Both the position numbers and the translations under genes were made by a program. A DNA stretch of 64,000 bases from a virus: the IMG/VR virus record IMGVR_UViG_3300024350_000006; one strand, 5' to 3'. This document shows positions 10,666 to 20,874 of the stretch, in pieces. The notes under the pieces are model-generated. The model saw only the letters and a program-made list of their open reading frames with translations, did no database searches and was not told the origin of the DNA. Positions within the stretch are counted from its first letter, which is position 1. Each line of letters opens with the position of its first letter.

Positions 10666-13600
10666 ATGGCATTAGTGAGCCCTGGCGTACAAGTACAAAT
10701 TATTGATGAGAGCATTTATGCGCCCACAGCAGTTGGTACTGTACCTTACATACTTATCGCTACAGCAGAAAATAAAACACAACCTGGAAGTTCAGCACTA
10801 GCTGTTGGAACATTAGCAGAAAATGCAGACAAAGTTTATAATATAACCAGCCAAAGAGATCTAGTTACAACATTTGGTGCACCAAACTTTGAAAACATTG
10901 ACAATGTTCCTGTCAACGGTAGCGAACTAAACGAATACGGCCTAATGGCTGCCTACAGCGCACTAGCAGTTTGCAACAGTGCCTACGTACAAAGAGCAAA
11001 TGTTGACCTAGCTAAGTTAGCAGGCAGCACTGCTAGACCCACAGACAATCCTGTCACAGGAACCTATTGGTTAGATACAGACGCTAGCAATTATGGTATC
11101 TTTGAATGGAACGCAACTACACAGCGTTTTACAGAAAAACAAGTCCTTCGTATTTTTAGTGCTGTTGATACAACTACTAGTCCAGAGGACGAGACAGTAA
11201 GTTTTTTAAGTGCTGATGTAATTGGTACAGTTCCAGCGTCTACTACTGGAGAAGTAGGTGATTATGCTGTAATGGAACTAGAAGAATATCATCCTATTTT
11301 TTATAAAGCGTATGATGGCACGTGGGTATTAGTAGGAAGTCAAGGCTGGCAACAAAAAGTACCAACTGCGGCATTTACTTTTACTACACCTGCATCTAGC
11401 GGCAATTTATTCATAAACGGTGATAGCGTAAGCATCACAGCCAACTCTAACATTAGTGTAGTTAATTCTGCAATTAATAGTGCAAGCATAACTGGTGTTA
11501 CTTCTAGAGTAAGCGGTTCTACTTTAATAGTTACAGCAACACAGGAAGCAGGATTTGGTGGCAATAGTGGAGTTTTAGTAATTAATCGCACAGGTGGTTC
11601 AGTTACTAGCAACGCTATAATGACAATGTTAGGTTTACCTTTAAGTGCAACTAATATTACTTACCAAGCAGCAGTTACAGCCCAGGCTCCTTTCAATCAG
11701 GTCCCAAGATGGCAAACCACAGCTAATAACAAGCCCACTGGTAGTGTTTGGCAAAAAACAAGCACAAGTGGTGGTGGAGTAAGTATTAGTGTTAAAAGAT
11801 ATAACGAGCTTACCGAACAATGGCAAGCTCAAAATGTTACAAGTTGGATAGGCGTATTTGACGCTACTTACAATTTAGACAAAACAGGTGGTGGAAAAAA
11901 TATCCCACAAGGAACTATATTTAATGCTTACAGTGCTTTAGATTCTAATGCAACAGAAGGCAACTTACCACGTCTAGGTGGTCAGCTTTTCCGCAGACGC
12001 CTAGCAGCTGGTGCTGCATTGACAGTTGCAAGCACAAATACCTATGCTAACACATCTGTTAACATTAGAACGGGCTTAGTTGCTACTAGCACATTTAGCC
12101 TAACATTTAGAGCATCACCTAGTGATACTAGTACTACTACTGTAAGTGGTAGTATAACTGGCAGTTCATTCACTGTTGCAGATTTTATCAATGCTGTTAA
12201 TGCAGTTGGTAGTCAGGTGGTTTACGCTAGTTTCAACAGCGATGGAAAAATTGTAATTACACACAAAGATGGCGGCGATGTTCAGGTTGAAGATGGCACA
12301 AATCTTCCATTTACCTATGCAGGTTTTGGAACTGCTGCGGACGATACTTATCCATCTCTAGAGCTAGGAGACACATTTGCACTTACTGGATGGACAGACC
12401 TTGCTTCTTACAATAATGGTGAAGGCTACAGTTCACAGGACACAGCACCCACAGTAGAACCAGCAAATAACACGCTTTGGTATAACGACAGTGCAACTAG
12501 GGTGGACATCCTTGTCAAGGACGGTGCAGGTAACTGGAGAAATTATAGAGCCCTAGACGCAGATTATCGCGGTTACGATCTAACTGCTACTGATCCAGAA
12601 GGACCAATTATAAGTGCAAGTGAGCCTAGCACACAAAGTGATGGTGAAACAGCACTTGCCTACGGTGATCTTTGGGTTGATACTGGTGACCTCGACAACT
12701 TCCCAATGATTTATCGTTGGCAGATACAGGATGGCGCAGATCAGTGGGTACTAATAGACAAAACTGATAGCACAAGTCCAGCCGGTATTATTTTTGCAGA
12801 TGCACGTTGGGCAAGATATGGAAACGTTAACCCTGCAACTGGTGCCCTACCAACAATCGCAGATTTAAGCAGCGCAGCCTGGGAAACAACTAATAGTAGC
12901 GGAGAAGACACTGCCTACCTAGATCTAGATGCACCTGATCCTGCACTCTATCCTGAAGGTATGCTACTGTTTAACACAAGAGCAAGTAGCTACGGTGTAA
13001 AACAATATCGTTCAAATTACTTTAGCCCAGCTAATTGGCCAGAAACGGCAGCAGATGCTGGAAGTGATATGAACACAGATCCAAATTGGCAGACTGGCGC
13101 CTGGGTAAATGTAAGTGGTGTGGATAGCCGTGGATTGCCTAATTTTGGTAGAAAAGCTCAACGTGGATTTGTAGTTGCTAAACTACAGGCAGCAATTGAT
13201 GCAAGTGATGGACTACGTGAAGAATCAAATATCTTTAATATTATCTGCTGCCCAGGTTATCCTGAGCTATTAGATAATATGGTAGCTCTTAATACAGACA
13301 GAGAAGAAACAGCTTTTGTTATTGGTGACGTTCCATTACGTTTACCAGCAACTGGAACAGCTATCCAGGCCTGGGCCACAAACACCAATAGTTATGATGT
13401 TGTTGGTGAAGCAGGACTTACAGTAGCAAGTCCCTACGCTGCTGTCTATTTCCCACACGCTCAGACTAATGACTTATCTGGAAATGAAATCGTTGTACCA
13501 GCAAGTCACGTAGCTCTACGTAATATGATCAAGAGTGATAATCAGAGCTATCCTTGGTTCGCTCCAGCAGGTACACGTCGTGGACTAGTAGACAATGCTA

Positions 13601-14085
13601 GTGCAATTGGTTACATTGACAGTGTGACAGGAAGATTTGTAAGTGTTGGTGTAACGCAGGGACTAAGAGATGTTATGTACAATAACAAAGTTAATCCATT
13701 GTCTGTATTACCAGGCGCTGGTTTGATGGTTTATGGACAAAAAACTCTCAACCCAAATGCAAGTTCACTGGATCGTATCAATGTTGCACGTCTAGTTAAC
13801 TATGTTCGCAGACAATTAACTATTGCTACAAGACCGTTCATTTTTGAACCAAACGACACTATTACACGTAATAGTGTACAAACAGTTGTTAGTGGATTCC
13901 TAGTTGATCTAGTAGCTAAACGAGGCATTTATGATTTCCTAGTAGTTTGTGACGATAGTAACAATACTGCTAGCAGAATAGCAAACAATGAACTATGGGT
14001 AGATGTAGCTATACAGCCTATTAAAGCTGTTGAGTTTATCTACATTCCAATTAGATTAAAGAACCCAGGAGACCTAGAGGTATAA
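10666..14085 (+). CDS. tail sheath protein (gp18-like)
   Basis: MALVSPGV start; PWFAPAGTRRG, YGQKTL, LDRINVARL, FEPND, IQPIKAVEFIYIP. Confidence 0.95.
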   Translation: MALVSPGVQVQIIDESIYAPTAVGTVPYILIATAENKTQPGSSALAVGTLAENADKVYNITSQRDLVTTFGAPNFENIDNVPVNGSELNEYGLMAAYSALAVCNSAYVQRANVDLAKLAGSTARPTDNPVTGTYWLDTDASNYGIFEWNATTQRFTEKQVLRIFSAVDTTTSPEDETVSFLSADVIGTVPASTTGEVGDYAVMELEEYHPIFYKAYDGTWVLVGSQGWQQKVPTAAFTFTTPASSGNLFINGDSVSITANSNISVVNSAINSASITGVTSRVSGSTLIVTATQEAGFGGNSGVLVINRTGGSVTSNAIMTMLGLPLSATNITYQAAVTAQAPFNQVPRWQTTANNKPTGSVWQKTSTSGGGVSISVKRYNELTEQWQAQNVTSWIGVFDATYNLDKTGGGKNIPQGTIFNAYSALDSNATEGNLPRLGGQLFRRRLAAGAALTVASTNTYANTSVNIRTGLVATSTFSLTFRASPSDTSTTTVSGSITGSSFTVADFINAVNAVGSQVVYASFNSDGKIVITHKDGGDVQVEDGTNLPFTYAGFGTAADDTYPSLELGDTFALTGWTDLASYNNGEGYSSQDTAPTVEPANNTLWYNDSATRVDILVKDGAGNWRNYRALDADYRGYDLTATDPEGPIISASEPSTQSDGETALAYGDLWVDTGDLDNFPMIYRWQIQDGADQWVLIDKTDSTSPAGIIFADARWARYGNVNPATGALPTIADLSSAAWETTNSSGEDTAYLDLDAPDPALYPEGMLLFNTRASSYGVKQYRSNYFSPANWPETAADAGSDMNTDPNWQTGAWVNVSGVDSRGLPNFGRKAQRGFVVAKLQAAIDASDGLREESNIFNIICCPGYPELLDNMVALNTDREETAFVIGDVPLRLPATGTAIQAWATNTNSYDVVGEAGLTVASPYAAVYFPHAQTNDLSGNEIVVPASHVALRNMIKSDNQSYPWFAPAGTRRGLVDNASAIGYIDSVTGRFVSVGVTQGLRDVMYNNKVNPLSVLPGAGLMVYGQKTLNPNASSLDRINVARLVNYVRRQLTIATRPFIFEPNDTITRNSVQTVVSGFLVDLVAKRGIYDFLVVCDDSNNTASRIANNELWVDVAIQPIKAVEFIYIPIRLKNPGDLEV

Positions 14086-14086
14086 T

Positions 14087-14704
14087 ATGGCAAATTTAAA
14101 TAATTTTACAGTACCCATTAAAGGGGAAACAGCAACACAGGGCCTATTGATGCCTAAATTAAAGTTCCGCTTTAGAGGATACTTTTACGGGTTCGGATCA
14201 GATGGCACAAATAGTAACACACTGGAAATTAGCAAACAAATTGTAACATTTGCTAGACCACAAATTACTTTTGATCCAATCGAACTACCTGTGTATAACA
14301 GCAAGGCTTACATTGCAGGTCGTCCAACTTGGAACCCAGTGAGCGTAACACTAAGAGATGATGCTGCTGGTGGTGTAGCCAAGGCGATTGCCGAGCAACT
14401 ACAAAAGCAATATGATTTCTATGAGCAAGCTAGTGCCGCTAGCGGTGTAGACTACAAGTTCCGTACAGTGCTTGAAGTACTAGACGGTGGCAATGGTGTA
14501 GTAGAACCAGAAGTTCTAGAAAGCTGGGAACTATTTGGTTGCTTCCTAACAGACGTAAACTACAATGATATGGATTACGGTAGTAATGATCCAGTGACAA
14601 TTACATTAAGTATTCGTTACGATAACGCTCTACAAGATGTAACACCTAGAGCGCCAGTTAAGACCAGAACAACAAGAGGTTCTGTAACCGGTGGTGCAGT
14701 GTAA
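14087..14704 (+). CDS. tail tube protein (gp19-like)
   Basis: Follows sheath; PKLKFRFR, AGRPTW.P.SVTLRDD, W.L.GCF, TLSIRYDNA. Confidence 0.9.
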   Translation: MANLNNFTVPIKGETATQGLLMPKLKFRFRGYFYGFGSDGTNSNTLEISKQIVTFARPQITFDPIELPVYNSKAYIAGRPTWNPVSVTLRDDAAGGVAKAIAEQLQKQYDFYEQASAASGVDYKFRTVLEVLDGGNGVVEPEVLESWELFGCFLTDVNYNDMDYGSNDPVTITLSIRYDNALQDVTPRAPVKTRTTRGSVTGGAV

Positions 14705-14731
14705 AAACAATAACAGTAGCAGTAAACAAAC

Positions 14732-14753
14732 AACCCGCGGAAGCGGGTTTTTT
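14732..14753 (+). terminator. intrinsic terminator
   Basis: AACCCGC-GGAA-GCGGGTT plus T-run. Confidence 0.85.
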
Positions 14754-14770
14754 GTTGGCTAAATATCATT

Positions 14771-16429
14771 ATGGGACTAGACATTGGAAGTATAACAAAA
14801 GCAGCAAGTAATCCTGCATCTTTGTTCAAGAGTGGTAATAAACCACTCAAGGGTAAAACACACCCCTACGATCACGCGACAAAGTTATATATTGCAGATG
14901 GACTAAAACTTGCTCCTAAAAACAGATATCTCTACTATGTAAGTATTAACATAGGAGTAGGAGCTCAAACAGCATCTGGTATTTTAGATAGTGTACTAGG
15001 CGGTGGCGGTGGTGTATCCAGTCTAAGCTTAATACAACAGTACGAAGCAGGAATGCTGGTAAAAAGTGTGGACCTACCTAAGTTTTCAATGGACGTTAAA
15101 ACAATTAATTCTTATAATAAAAAGAATATTGTACAAACTGCCATTAAGTATGAACCAATTAGTATAACATTTCACGATGACAGTGCAGATATAGTTACTA
15201 GACTCTGGAATGATTATTATACCTATTATTACCGCGATAGCGACTACAGTAGGGAAAGCTACCAACAACATCATATCAATACTGGCATCTATGCAGGTAG
15301 AACTGACGATCGCTGGGGTTACACGATACGCAATGCAGGCTTAGAGCCTTTTTTACGTAATATTCAAATATTCAGTTTGCATAATAAAAGGTTCACTGAA
15401 TACACTCTTATTAATCCCTACATCACAAGCTGGCGCCACGGCACACATAGCGCCGAGGCTGGCAATGACATAATGGAAAATCAAATGACCATTATGTATG
15501 AAACTGTAAAATATAAAACAGGTTCAGTTAATGCTATAGATGTGAACGGCTTTGGAACATTACACTATGACAACACTGCTAGTCCTATCTCCGGTGGTGG
15601 TATGTTCGGACAGATAGTGGGTGGTATAGCGGAAAGTGTGCTTGGCGGTGGTGGCGATCTAGCAAGACCGGATGGAAGTGAAAATAAAGGTAGTATATTT
15701 TCTCAAATTGCTGGTGCTGCTGGTGCCATTAATGCACTTGGTGGAGTAAATCTGGCTCAAGTAGGCGCAGGGGTACTGGGAAAAATAGGTGGAGATGCAC
15801 TCAAAGGTGCAACAAACGGAATAAGTATACCTAGTTTAAGTGATGTGTTAAAAGGCGCCGGAGAAAAAATAAGTCAGTCTCCCACATTAAGTAAATTGTC
15901 TAATAAAATTAGCGGAGCTTTGCAGGGAGGATTAAACGGAGCCAATGTGCCTACTAATGGCGTTCCGACAGGTGGACTTGGTCTCACTGGTGGGCTTGGT
16001 TTAAACGCAGTTCCTGGAGTAAGTAACGCAGCCTTTACTGGCGGCCTAAATGATAAATTACAAAACTCTTTAAACAATGGTAATCTTGCAAGCATAAAAA
16101 ACAATTTCAGCGGCAGTATACCAGGTGTCCAAAATATGAGTCAATTGGGTTTTAACAATCTAGTGCAACCAACGTCTAATAATTTAATTGCTAGGGGTAC
16201 AAATAGTACAGGCGGTGGATTTATTAACGGTGGATATGGTAGTGTGGGCACAGCAAGCCCCTCAGTATTTGCAGGCGGTAGTGGAGTTACCCCTAACCCA
16301 TCATCTTCACAATTAGCTGGTGTAGCTGGTATTGTAAACAGCGGATCAGTAAGTGCTTTTAGTGCAGCAGGTGGAGCACCTCCCTCGTTAGCATCACCAA
16401 ATATCCCCACTGATGAATTCTTTATATAA
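14771..16429 (+). CDS. tube-fold baseplate / tail-tube initiator (gp54-like) with Gly-rich tail
   Basis: VKSVDLPKF, YEPISITFHDD, MTIMYE; low-complexity C-terminus. Confidence 0.65.
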   Translation: MGLDIGSITKAASNPASLFKSGNKPLKGKTHPYDHATKLYIADGLKLAPKNRYLYYVSINIGVGAQTASGILDSVLGGGGGVSSLSLIQQYEAGMLVKSVDLPKFSMDVKTINSYNKKNIVQTAIKYEPISITFHDDSADIVTRLWNDYYTYYYRDSDYSRESYQQHHINTGIYAGRTDDRWGYTIRNAGLEPFLRNIQIFSLHNKRFTEYTLINPYITSWRHGTHSAEAGNDIMENQMTIMYETVKYKTGSVNAIDVNGFGTLHYDNTASPISGGGMFGQIVGGIAESVLGGGGDLARPDGSENKGSIFSQIAGAAGAINALGGVNLAQVGAGVLGKIGGDALKGATNGISIPSLSDVLKGAGEKISQSPTLSKLSNKISGALQGGLNGANVPTNGVPTGGLGLTGGLGLNAVPGVSNAAFTGGLNDKLQNSLNNGNLASIKNNFSGSIPGVQNMSQLGFNNLVQPTSNNLIARGTNSTGGGFINGGYGSVGTASPSVFAGGSGVTPNPSSSQLAGVAGIVNSGSVSAFSAAGGAPPSLASPNIPTDEFFI

Positions 16430-16788
16430 TGCAAAATCCTAATATTGTAGACACTCCGGAATCTAGCACTGGTAGATATTTTAACAATGTCTATAAAAAT
16501 AGAAGTGCTATTAGCCCTGCTATTAGTAGCAGTATAATTAGTTGGTTTCAGGAGCAAACAGGTAGTAGAGAAACTGCTACTCTACTAGCCAGAACTTTAA
16601 TTAACACAGCAGAATCAATAGGAGAAGATCCTAGAAAAATATTACAAGAGTTTACTAAACTCCCCTCAGGTGAACTTAATTCTTATCTGGCCTTGTTTCT
16701 TAATTCAGGCAGGGTTCCCACTAGCCTACTAGGGATCAAAAATCAACCTACACCTACAGATCTAGTGTCTCGAACTTTGATATTTTAA
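16429..16788 (+). CDS. hypothetical protein
   Basis: Coupled ORF in the structural operon. Confidence 0.65.
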   Translation: MQNPNIVDTPESSTGRYFNNVYKNRSAISPAISSSIISWFQEQTGSRETATLLARTLINTAESIGEDPRKILQEFTKLPSGELNSYLALFLNSGRVPTSLLGIKNQPTPTDLVSRTLIF

Positions 16789-17219
16789 TGTCTAAATTTG
16801 CTCAGGGAAAATTTGAAATTCAGAATCCCGCAAAGTATGTGGGAAAGAAAACTCCCACCTACAGAAGTAGTTGGGAGTATGCATTTATGAGATTTTGCGA
16901 TAACAACCCTGCTGTATTACAATGGGCTAGTGAAGCTATACATATTAATTACAGAAATCCCTTTACAAATAAAAATACAATTTATGTGCCTGACTTTTTA
17001 ATAATTTATCAGGACAAAAATGGTAAACGTCACGGTGAAGTTATAGAAGTTAAGCCTAGTAAGGAAACTAGTCTTACAGAAGCTAAATCTATGAGGGATA
17101 AAGCTGCTGTAGCTCTTAATTTACATAAATGGCAAGCAGCTAAAAAATTTTGTGACGCACAGGGGTTAAAATTTAGAGTGGTCACTGAACACGATATATT
17201 TGTAAATACCAAAAAATAA
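16788..17219 (+). CDS. head completion nuclease (T4 gp4-like, TnsA fold)
   Basis: YRSSWE..FMRFCD, WASE, YVPDF, IEVKP. Confidence 0.85.
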   Translation: MSKFAQGKFEIQNPAKYVGKKTPTYRSSWEYAFMRFCDNNPAVLQWASEAIHINYRNPFTNKNTIYVPDFLIIYQDKNGKRHGEVIEVKPSKETSLTEAKSMRDKAAVALNLHKWQAAKKFCDAQGLKFRVVTEHDIFVNTKK

Positions 17220-17249
17220 AAAACTCCGGATCTACCAATAAATATTCCT

Positions 17250-17753
17250 ATGACTAAAAAGTTATCGGAATTATTCAATTTACCCAATCAAGAGGCTATT
17301 CCCGAGACAACTGTGGATGCCCAGGCCGCCCTAGAGCTCACTGAACAACAGCGAGAAACAATCAGTCTAGTAGACGAGGCTATAGACAAAATAGATGCTG
17401 CTCTTCCTGGGGTTCGTGGCCTAGACACAAGTGACAGTGAGCTTGACGACCTAGCTGAACTAGCAAAAAAGTCAGCTCAGGATCTTATGGATCTGGGATT
17501 GGCAATGGAAGCTAGATTTAGTGGCGCAGTACTTCAGACTGCTGGCACAATGTTAGGACACGCCATAGCAGCCAAACAAGCTAAAATTGACAAAAAACTT
17601 CGCACTGTGGATTTACAGTTAAAGAAAATGAGGCTAGACCATCAAATAGCCAAAGATTCCAAGGGAGAAATTACTGACGATCCTATAGAAACACAGGGAC
17701 AATTAGTGGACAGGAACACTCTACTAGCAGAGATTCTCAAGAGTTCCAAGTAA
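17250..17753 (+). CDS. putative terminase small subunit / helical protein
   Basis: Helical acidic protein of typical size after gp4; no diagnostic motif. Confidence 0.4.
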   Translation: MTKKLSELFNLPNQEAIPETTVDAQAALELTEQQRETISLVDEAIDKIDAALPGVRGLDTSDSELDDLAELAKKSAQDLMDLGLAMEARFSGAVLQTAGTMLGHAIAAKQAKIDKKLRTVDLQLKKMRLDHQIAKDSKGEITDDPIETQGQLVDRNTLLAEILKSSK

Positions 17754-17799
17754 CTAATTGGCAAAAAAACGCTAAATAACATAATAACGGATATTGTTT

Positions 17800-18414
17800 A
17801 TGAAGACCTTTAAATCTTACCTTACGGAATCTATCGGCACTTACGATTTCAAAGTAAAAATCGCTTGTGATGTTACCGATAAAGATATTACTAAAATTAA
17901 GTCTGCTCTAGAAGAATTTAAAGTGAATAACTTTAAAAAATCTCGCAGCCTACCTATACAAGAAACTCCAGAATTTCCACAGCTAGGACCAGTAGAGGTT
18001 AGAATTTATGATCTAAGCCTTGAATACCCGGCTAATAATGATCAGGTGTTTTCCACTATTATGAATACTGGATGCTGTCAGCCTGGGGCACTTAAAGTGA
18101 TCCCCCTAAACAGTCCCTACAACGCTATACTAGATGGACTAGAAGTAAGTAATGTGGGCGGTAAAGAGGGTGAAGCAGTACTAGATCAACAAGAGATGAA
18201 AACGGAAAAACCCAAGGCAATATCTGGACAAGAATATTTAGACAATATGCCTAGTCTAATTAAAGAATTACAGGCAGCTAGGAAATATGAATATCCTGAT
18301 GCCGCCGGCGGCAAAACTGCCATTGCCAAGACATCGGGACTTACTCCTGAACAAAACAAGAGCCCTGTGGGCTCACAACAAAACAAAATCCCTAGCCCAA
18401 GAAAAGGAAAATAA
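17800..18414 (+). CDS. probable internal head protein
   Basis: N-terminal MKTFKSYLTE resembles the T4 capsid-targeting sequence; late promoter. Confidence 0.55.
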   Translation: MKTFKSYLTESIGTYDFKVKIACDVTDKDITKIKSALEEFKVNNFKKSRSLPIQETPEFPQLGPVEVRIYDLSLEYPANNDQVFSTIMNTGCCQPGALKVIPLNSPYNAILDGLEVSNVGGKEGEAVLDQQEMKTEKPKAISGQEYLDNMPSLIKELQAARKYEYPDAAGGKTAIAKTSGLTPEQNKSPVGSQQNKIPSPRKGK

Positions 18415-18416
18415 TT

Positions 18417-19694
18417 ATGAGCAATATGTCAGATATATTAAAAAAATTAAATGCGATTGAACAGACCGCTGAGAGCGCAGTTAAACCAAACTTAAAAGAA
18501 GGTATTGAAGCTGTTGCCGAAGTAACTCCTCCTGGAAGAGAGAAACAAGTTAAAGCTCTTAAAAAAGTTCCTGGCATTGACAATCCTTACGCAGTATCTT
18601 GGGCTTCCTATAACAAGAGCCATAAAAAAGAAGAAAGCATTGAGGAAAGCAATCTAGAAGAAGGCTTTGCAGATTTAGACAAGTATATGCAAGACAAAGA
18701 AAAAGCCAAGGGTACAGGTAAATTTGATAAAACTGTTACCGCCACCGGCACAAAGTATACTAAAAAGCTAGATCCAGAAAATAACGATGCTGAGGACGAT
18801 GATGAAGGCGAGAAAAAAGATAAAAAAGATAAAGAACCGAATAAAGGCGGCCGCAAGGTTGGCAGCAAGAGCGGTGCAAGGCACAGCTACAAAAAAATAG
18901 ACGAGTATATTGCTGAAGCCTACGGTGATTTCTTTGAAGGTGATCTTGAAGAAGAAGAATTAGAAGAAGACGATATGGAAGAAGGTAATAGGTTTACCCA
19001 TAATCTTATGAAGGCTCGAGAGGCCGGTAAAAAAGAAGCTGATCTAGACGGCGATGGTGATATGGAGCCAGTAAAAGAAAATGAATCAGTGGAAGAGGAA
19101 GCTGTAGAGGAGGCCAAGTCCTGTAACCAGACTATGGAAGGCGAGGAGTGTCCAGTACACGGCGAAAGCAAATGTCCAATGGCAGAAGCTCAAGATAACA
19201 GTCTGGAAGAAGTCAAGGCACTAGCTGGTCTTAAAGAGTGCGGTGATATGTCTCCTATGGGCAGCATAGACGCTGATCAAGGTAAAATGAATATAAGTAC
19301 CAACGCTAGTAGCGATGGAACAAAGACAGTTACAATTACTGCTGATGGCGACACTGCTGTAGCTCTAATGCAGATGCTTAAACTAGCTGGTATGAAAGGT
19401 GCTATGGCAGCTCCAGAGCAGTCCACGGACGGCGATACCTACGATGTGGCTGTAGCAGAAAAAGAAATGGAAGAAGACCATATTCCTGGGCATCTAGTTG
19501 GTAATGGTACAGAACCTCAGGAAATGCCAGTGCAGGCATTGACCAAGGGTGGTACTGGTGAAGTCGCTGGTAAAGAAAAAACTATGCATCCACACGGTTA
19601 TAAATTTAGTGACAACCCCCTAGCAATGGAAAACAAACTAGGTGGCCGTTTTATGCAGGAATACGAGAGTATTAAACTAGCCCGAGGAAAATAA
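18417..19694 (+). CDS. acidic low-complexity probable head / core protein
   Basis: E/K/D-rich with many (L/I/V)xE motifs. Confidence 0.55.
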   Translation: MSNMSDILKKLNAIEQTAESAVKPNLKEGIEAVAEVTPPGREKQVKALKKVPGIDNPYAVSWASYNKSHKKEESIEESNLEEGFADLDKYMQDKEKAKGTGKFDKTVTATGTKYTKKLDPENNDAEDDDEGEKKDKKDKEPNKGGRKVGSKSGARHSYKKIDEYIAEAYGDFFEGDLEEEELEEDDMEEGNRFTHNLMKAREAGKKEADLDGDGDMEPVKENESVEEEAVEEAKSCNQTMEGEECPVHGESKCPMAEAQDNSLEEVKALAGLKECGDMSPMGSIDADQGKMNISTNASSDGTKTVTITADGDTAVALMQMLKLAGMKGAMAAPEQSTDGDTYDVAVAEKEMEEDHIPGHLVGNGTEPQEMPVQALTKGGTGEVAGKEKTMHPHGYKFSDNPLAMENKLGGRFMQEYESIKLARGK

Positions 19695-20116
19695 TGAAAC
19701 TGGACGAGGTTATTATTGATCTAGAGCCTAGCCAAGGTGATAGAATTTTTTTGGAACTGGGTGACACACTGCTAGAAACTAACATACTGGAAGTTGATAA
19801 CGATAATATTATCTTAGAAGCTGATGAAAAAATGTTAGTTTTACTTAATCTAGCTGGCGCATTTAATAATCTCACAGAAGCAGAATATCGTGGTCGTAAA
19901 GTCCCCCTTGGTAAAAGAATGCAGGGTGACGTGAAAAAATTTAAAGTCTATGTTAAAGGTCCCAAGGGCAACGTAGTAAAAGTAAACTTTGGTGATCCAA
20001 ATATGCGGATTAAAAAATCCAACCCTGCACGTCGTAAAAGCTTTCGTGCAAGACATCGTTGTGATAACCCTGGACCACGCTGGAAAGCAAGGTACTGGAG
20101 TTGCAGAGCTTGGTAA
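19694..20116 (+). CDS. hypothetical virion protein with basic C-terminal module
   Basis: EAEYRGRKV...KVNFGDP...RRKSFRARHRC...ARYWSC. Confidence 0.6.
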   Translation: MKLDEVIIDLEPSQGDRIFLELGDTLLETNILEVDNDNIILEADEKMLVLLNLAGAFNNLTEAEYRGRKVPLGKRMQGDVKKFKVYVKGPKGNVVKVNFGDPNMRIKKSNPARRKSFRARHRCDNPGPRWKARYWSCRAW

Positions 20117-20128
20117 TCAAGGTATACA

Positions 20129-20479
20129 ATGAAAATTAACGAAATTATCACTGAAGCAACAAATAAAGGACTGCCTAAAGTTTCTCAGGCAGGTGCGGTT
20201 CACGCCAAGCGTTTTGATGAGCTTGATACCTACTATCATATGTACAGATTTGGCATTGCCCTAGCCAATCACAATGCAGATAATCCACCAGTGGGTCCTG
20301 CTCGTGATAAATTTACAGTCTGGGCCTATACTGATGGTGACGAGCAAATTATCAAAGCAGCAGAAAAAAATATGGGCACCAAGGGCACTGAAATATCAAA
20401 ATCTCCCTCTACAGAAACTGAAAATATATACACCACAAGCCCAGTTGCCAAAGTTAACCGCAACAAATACGGCGTATGA
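20129..20479 (+). CDS. probable internal head protein (paralog 1)
   Basis: MKINEIITE start; C-terminus SPVAKVNRNKYGV. Confidence 0.6.
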   Translation: MKINEIITEATNKGLPKVSQAGAVHAKRFDELDTYYHMYRFGIALANHNADNPPVGPARDKFTVWAYTDGDEQIIKAAEKNMGTKGTEISKSPSTETENIYTTSPVAKVNRNKYGV

Positions 20480-20874
20480 AAATTAGAGAAATTGTTCGTG
20501 AGTCTAGAAGTCTTGTAAAAACTGGTATAAAACCTATTACCAAGGATCACGAATATGCTATGCCCAATGCACATCGTGTTGCGGGCACTGCTGATAGAAT
20601 TTACGACCTTAATAGATTAATGATGTTAGTAGCAGCAGCAGATGGGCGTACAATGCCAGTAGTTCCTGAGGAAAGTTGGGCTGGTAGAAATAATATGGCC
20701 TTTCCTTTTACTCCACAAGAAGCCCAAATGCTAAAACATTGTTATCAAGTTTTAGGTCAAGAATGGGATGATGTGTTATTTCCTAACACGCACGATCGCA
20801 GCGAAGAGTTCAAAAAAGATATCAATATCAACAGCCCTGTGGCTAAAATCAAGAAAAATAAGTACGGAGTATAA
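20476..20874 (+). CDS. probable internal head protein (paralog 2)
   Basis: MKIREIVRE start; C-terminus SPVAKIKKNKYGV. Confidence 0.6.
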   Translation: MKIREIVRESRSLVKTGIKPITKDHEYAMPNAHRVAGTADRIYDLNRLMMLVAAADGRTMPVVPEESWAGRNNMAFPFTPQEAQMLKHCYQVLGQEWDDVLFPNTHDRSEEFKKDININSPVAKIKKNKYGV

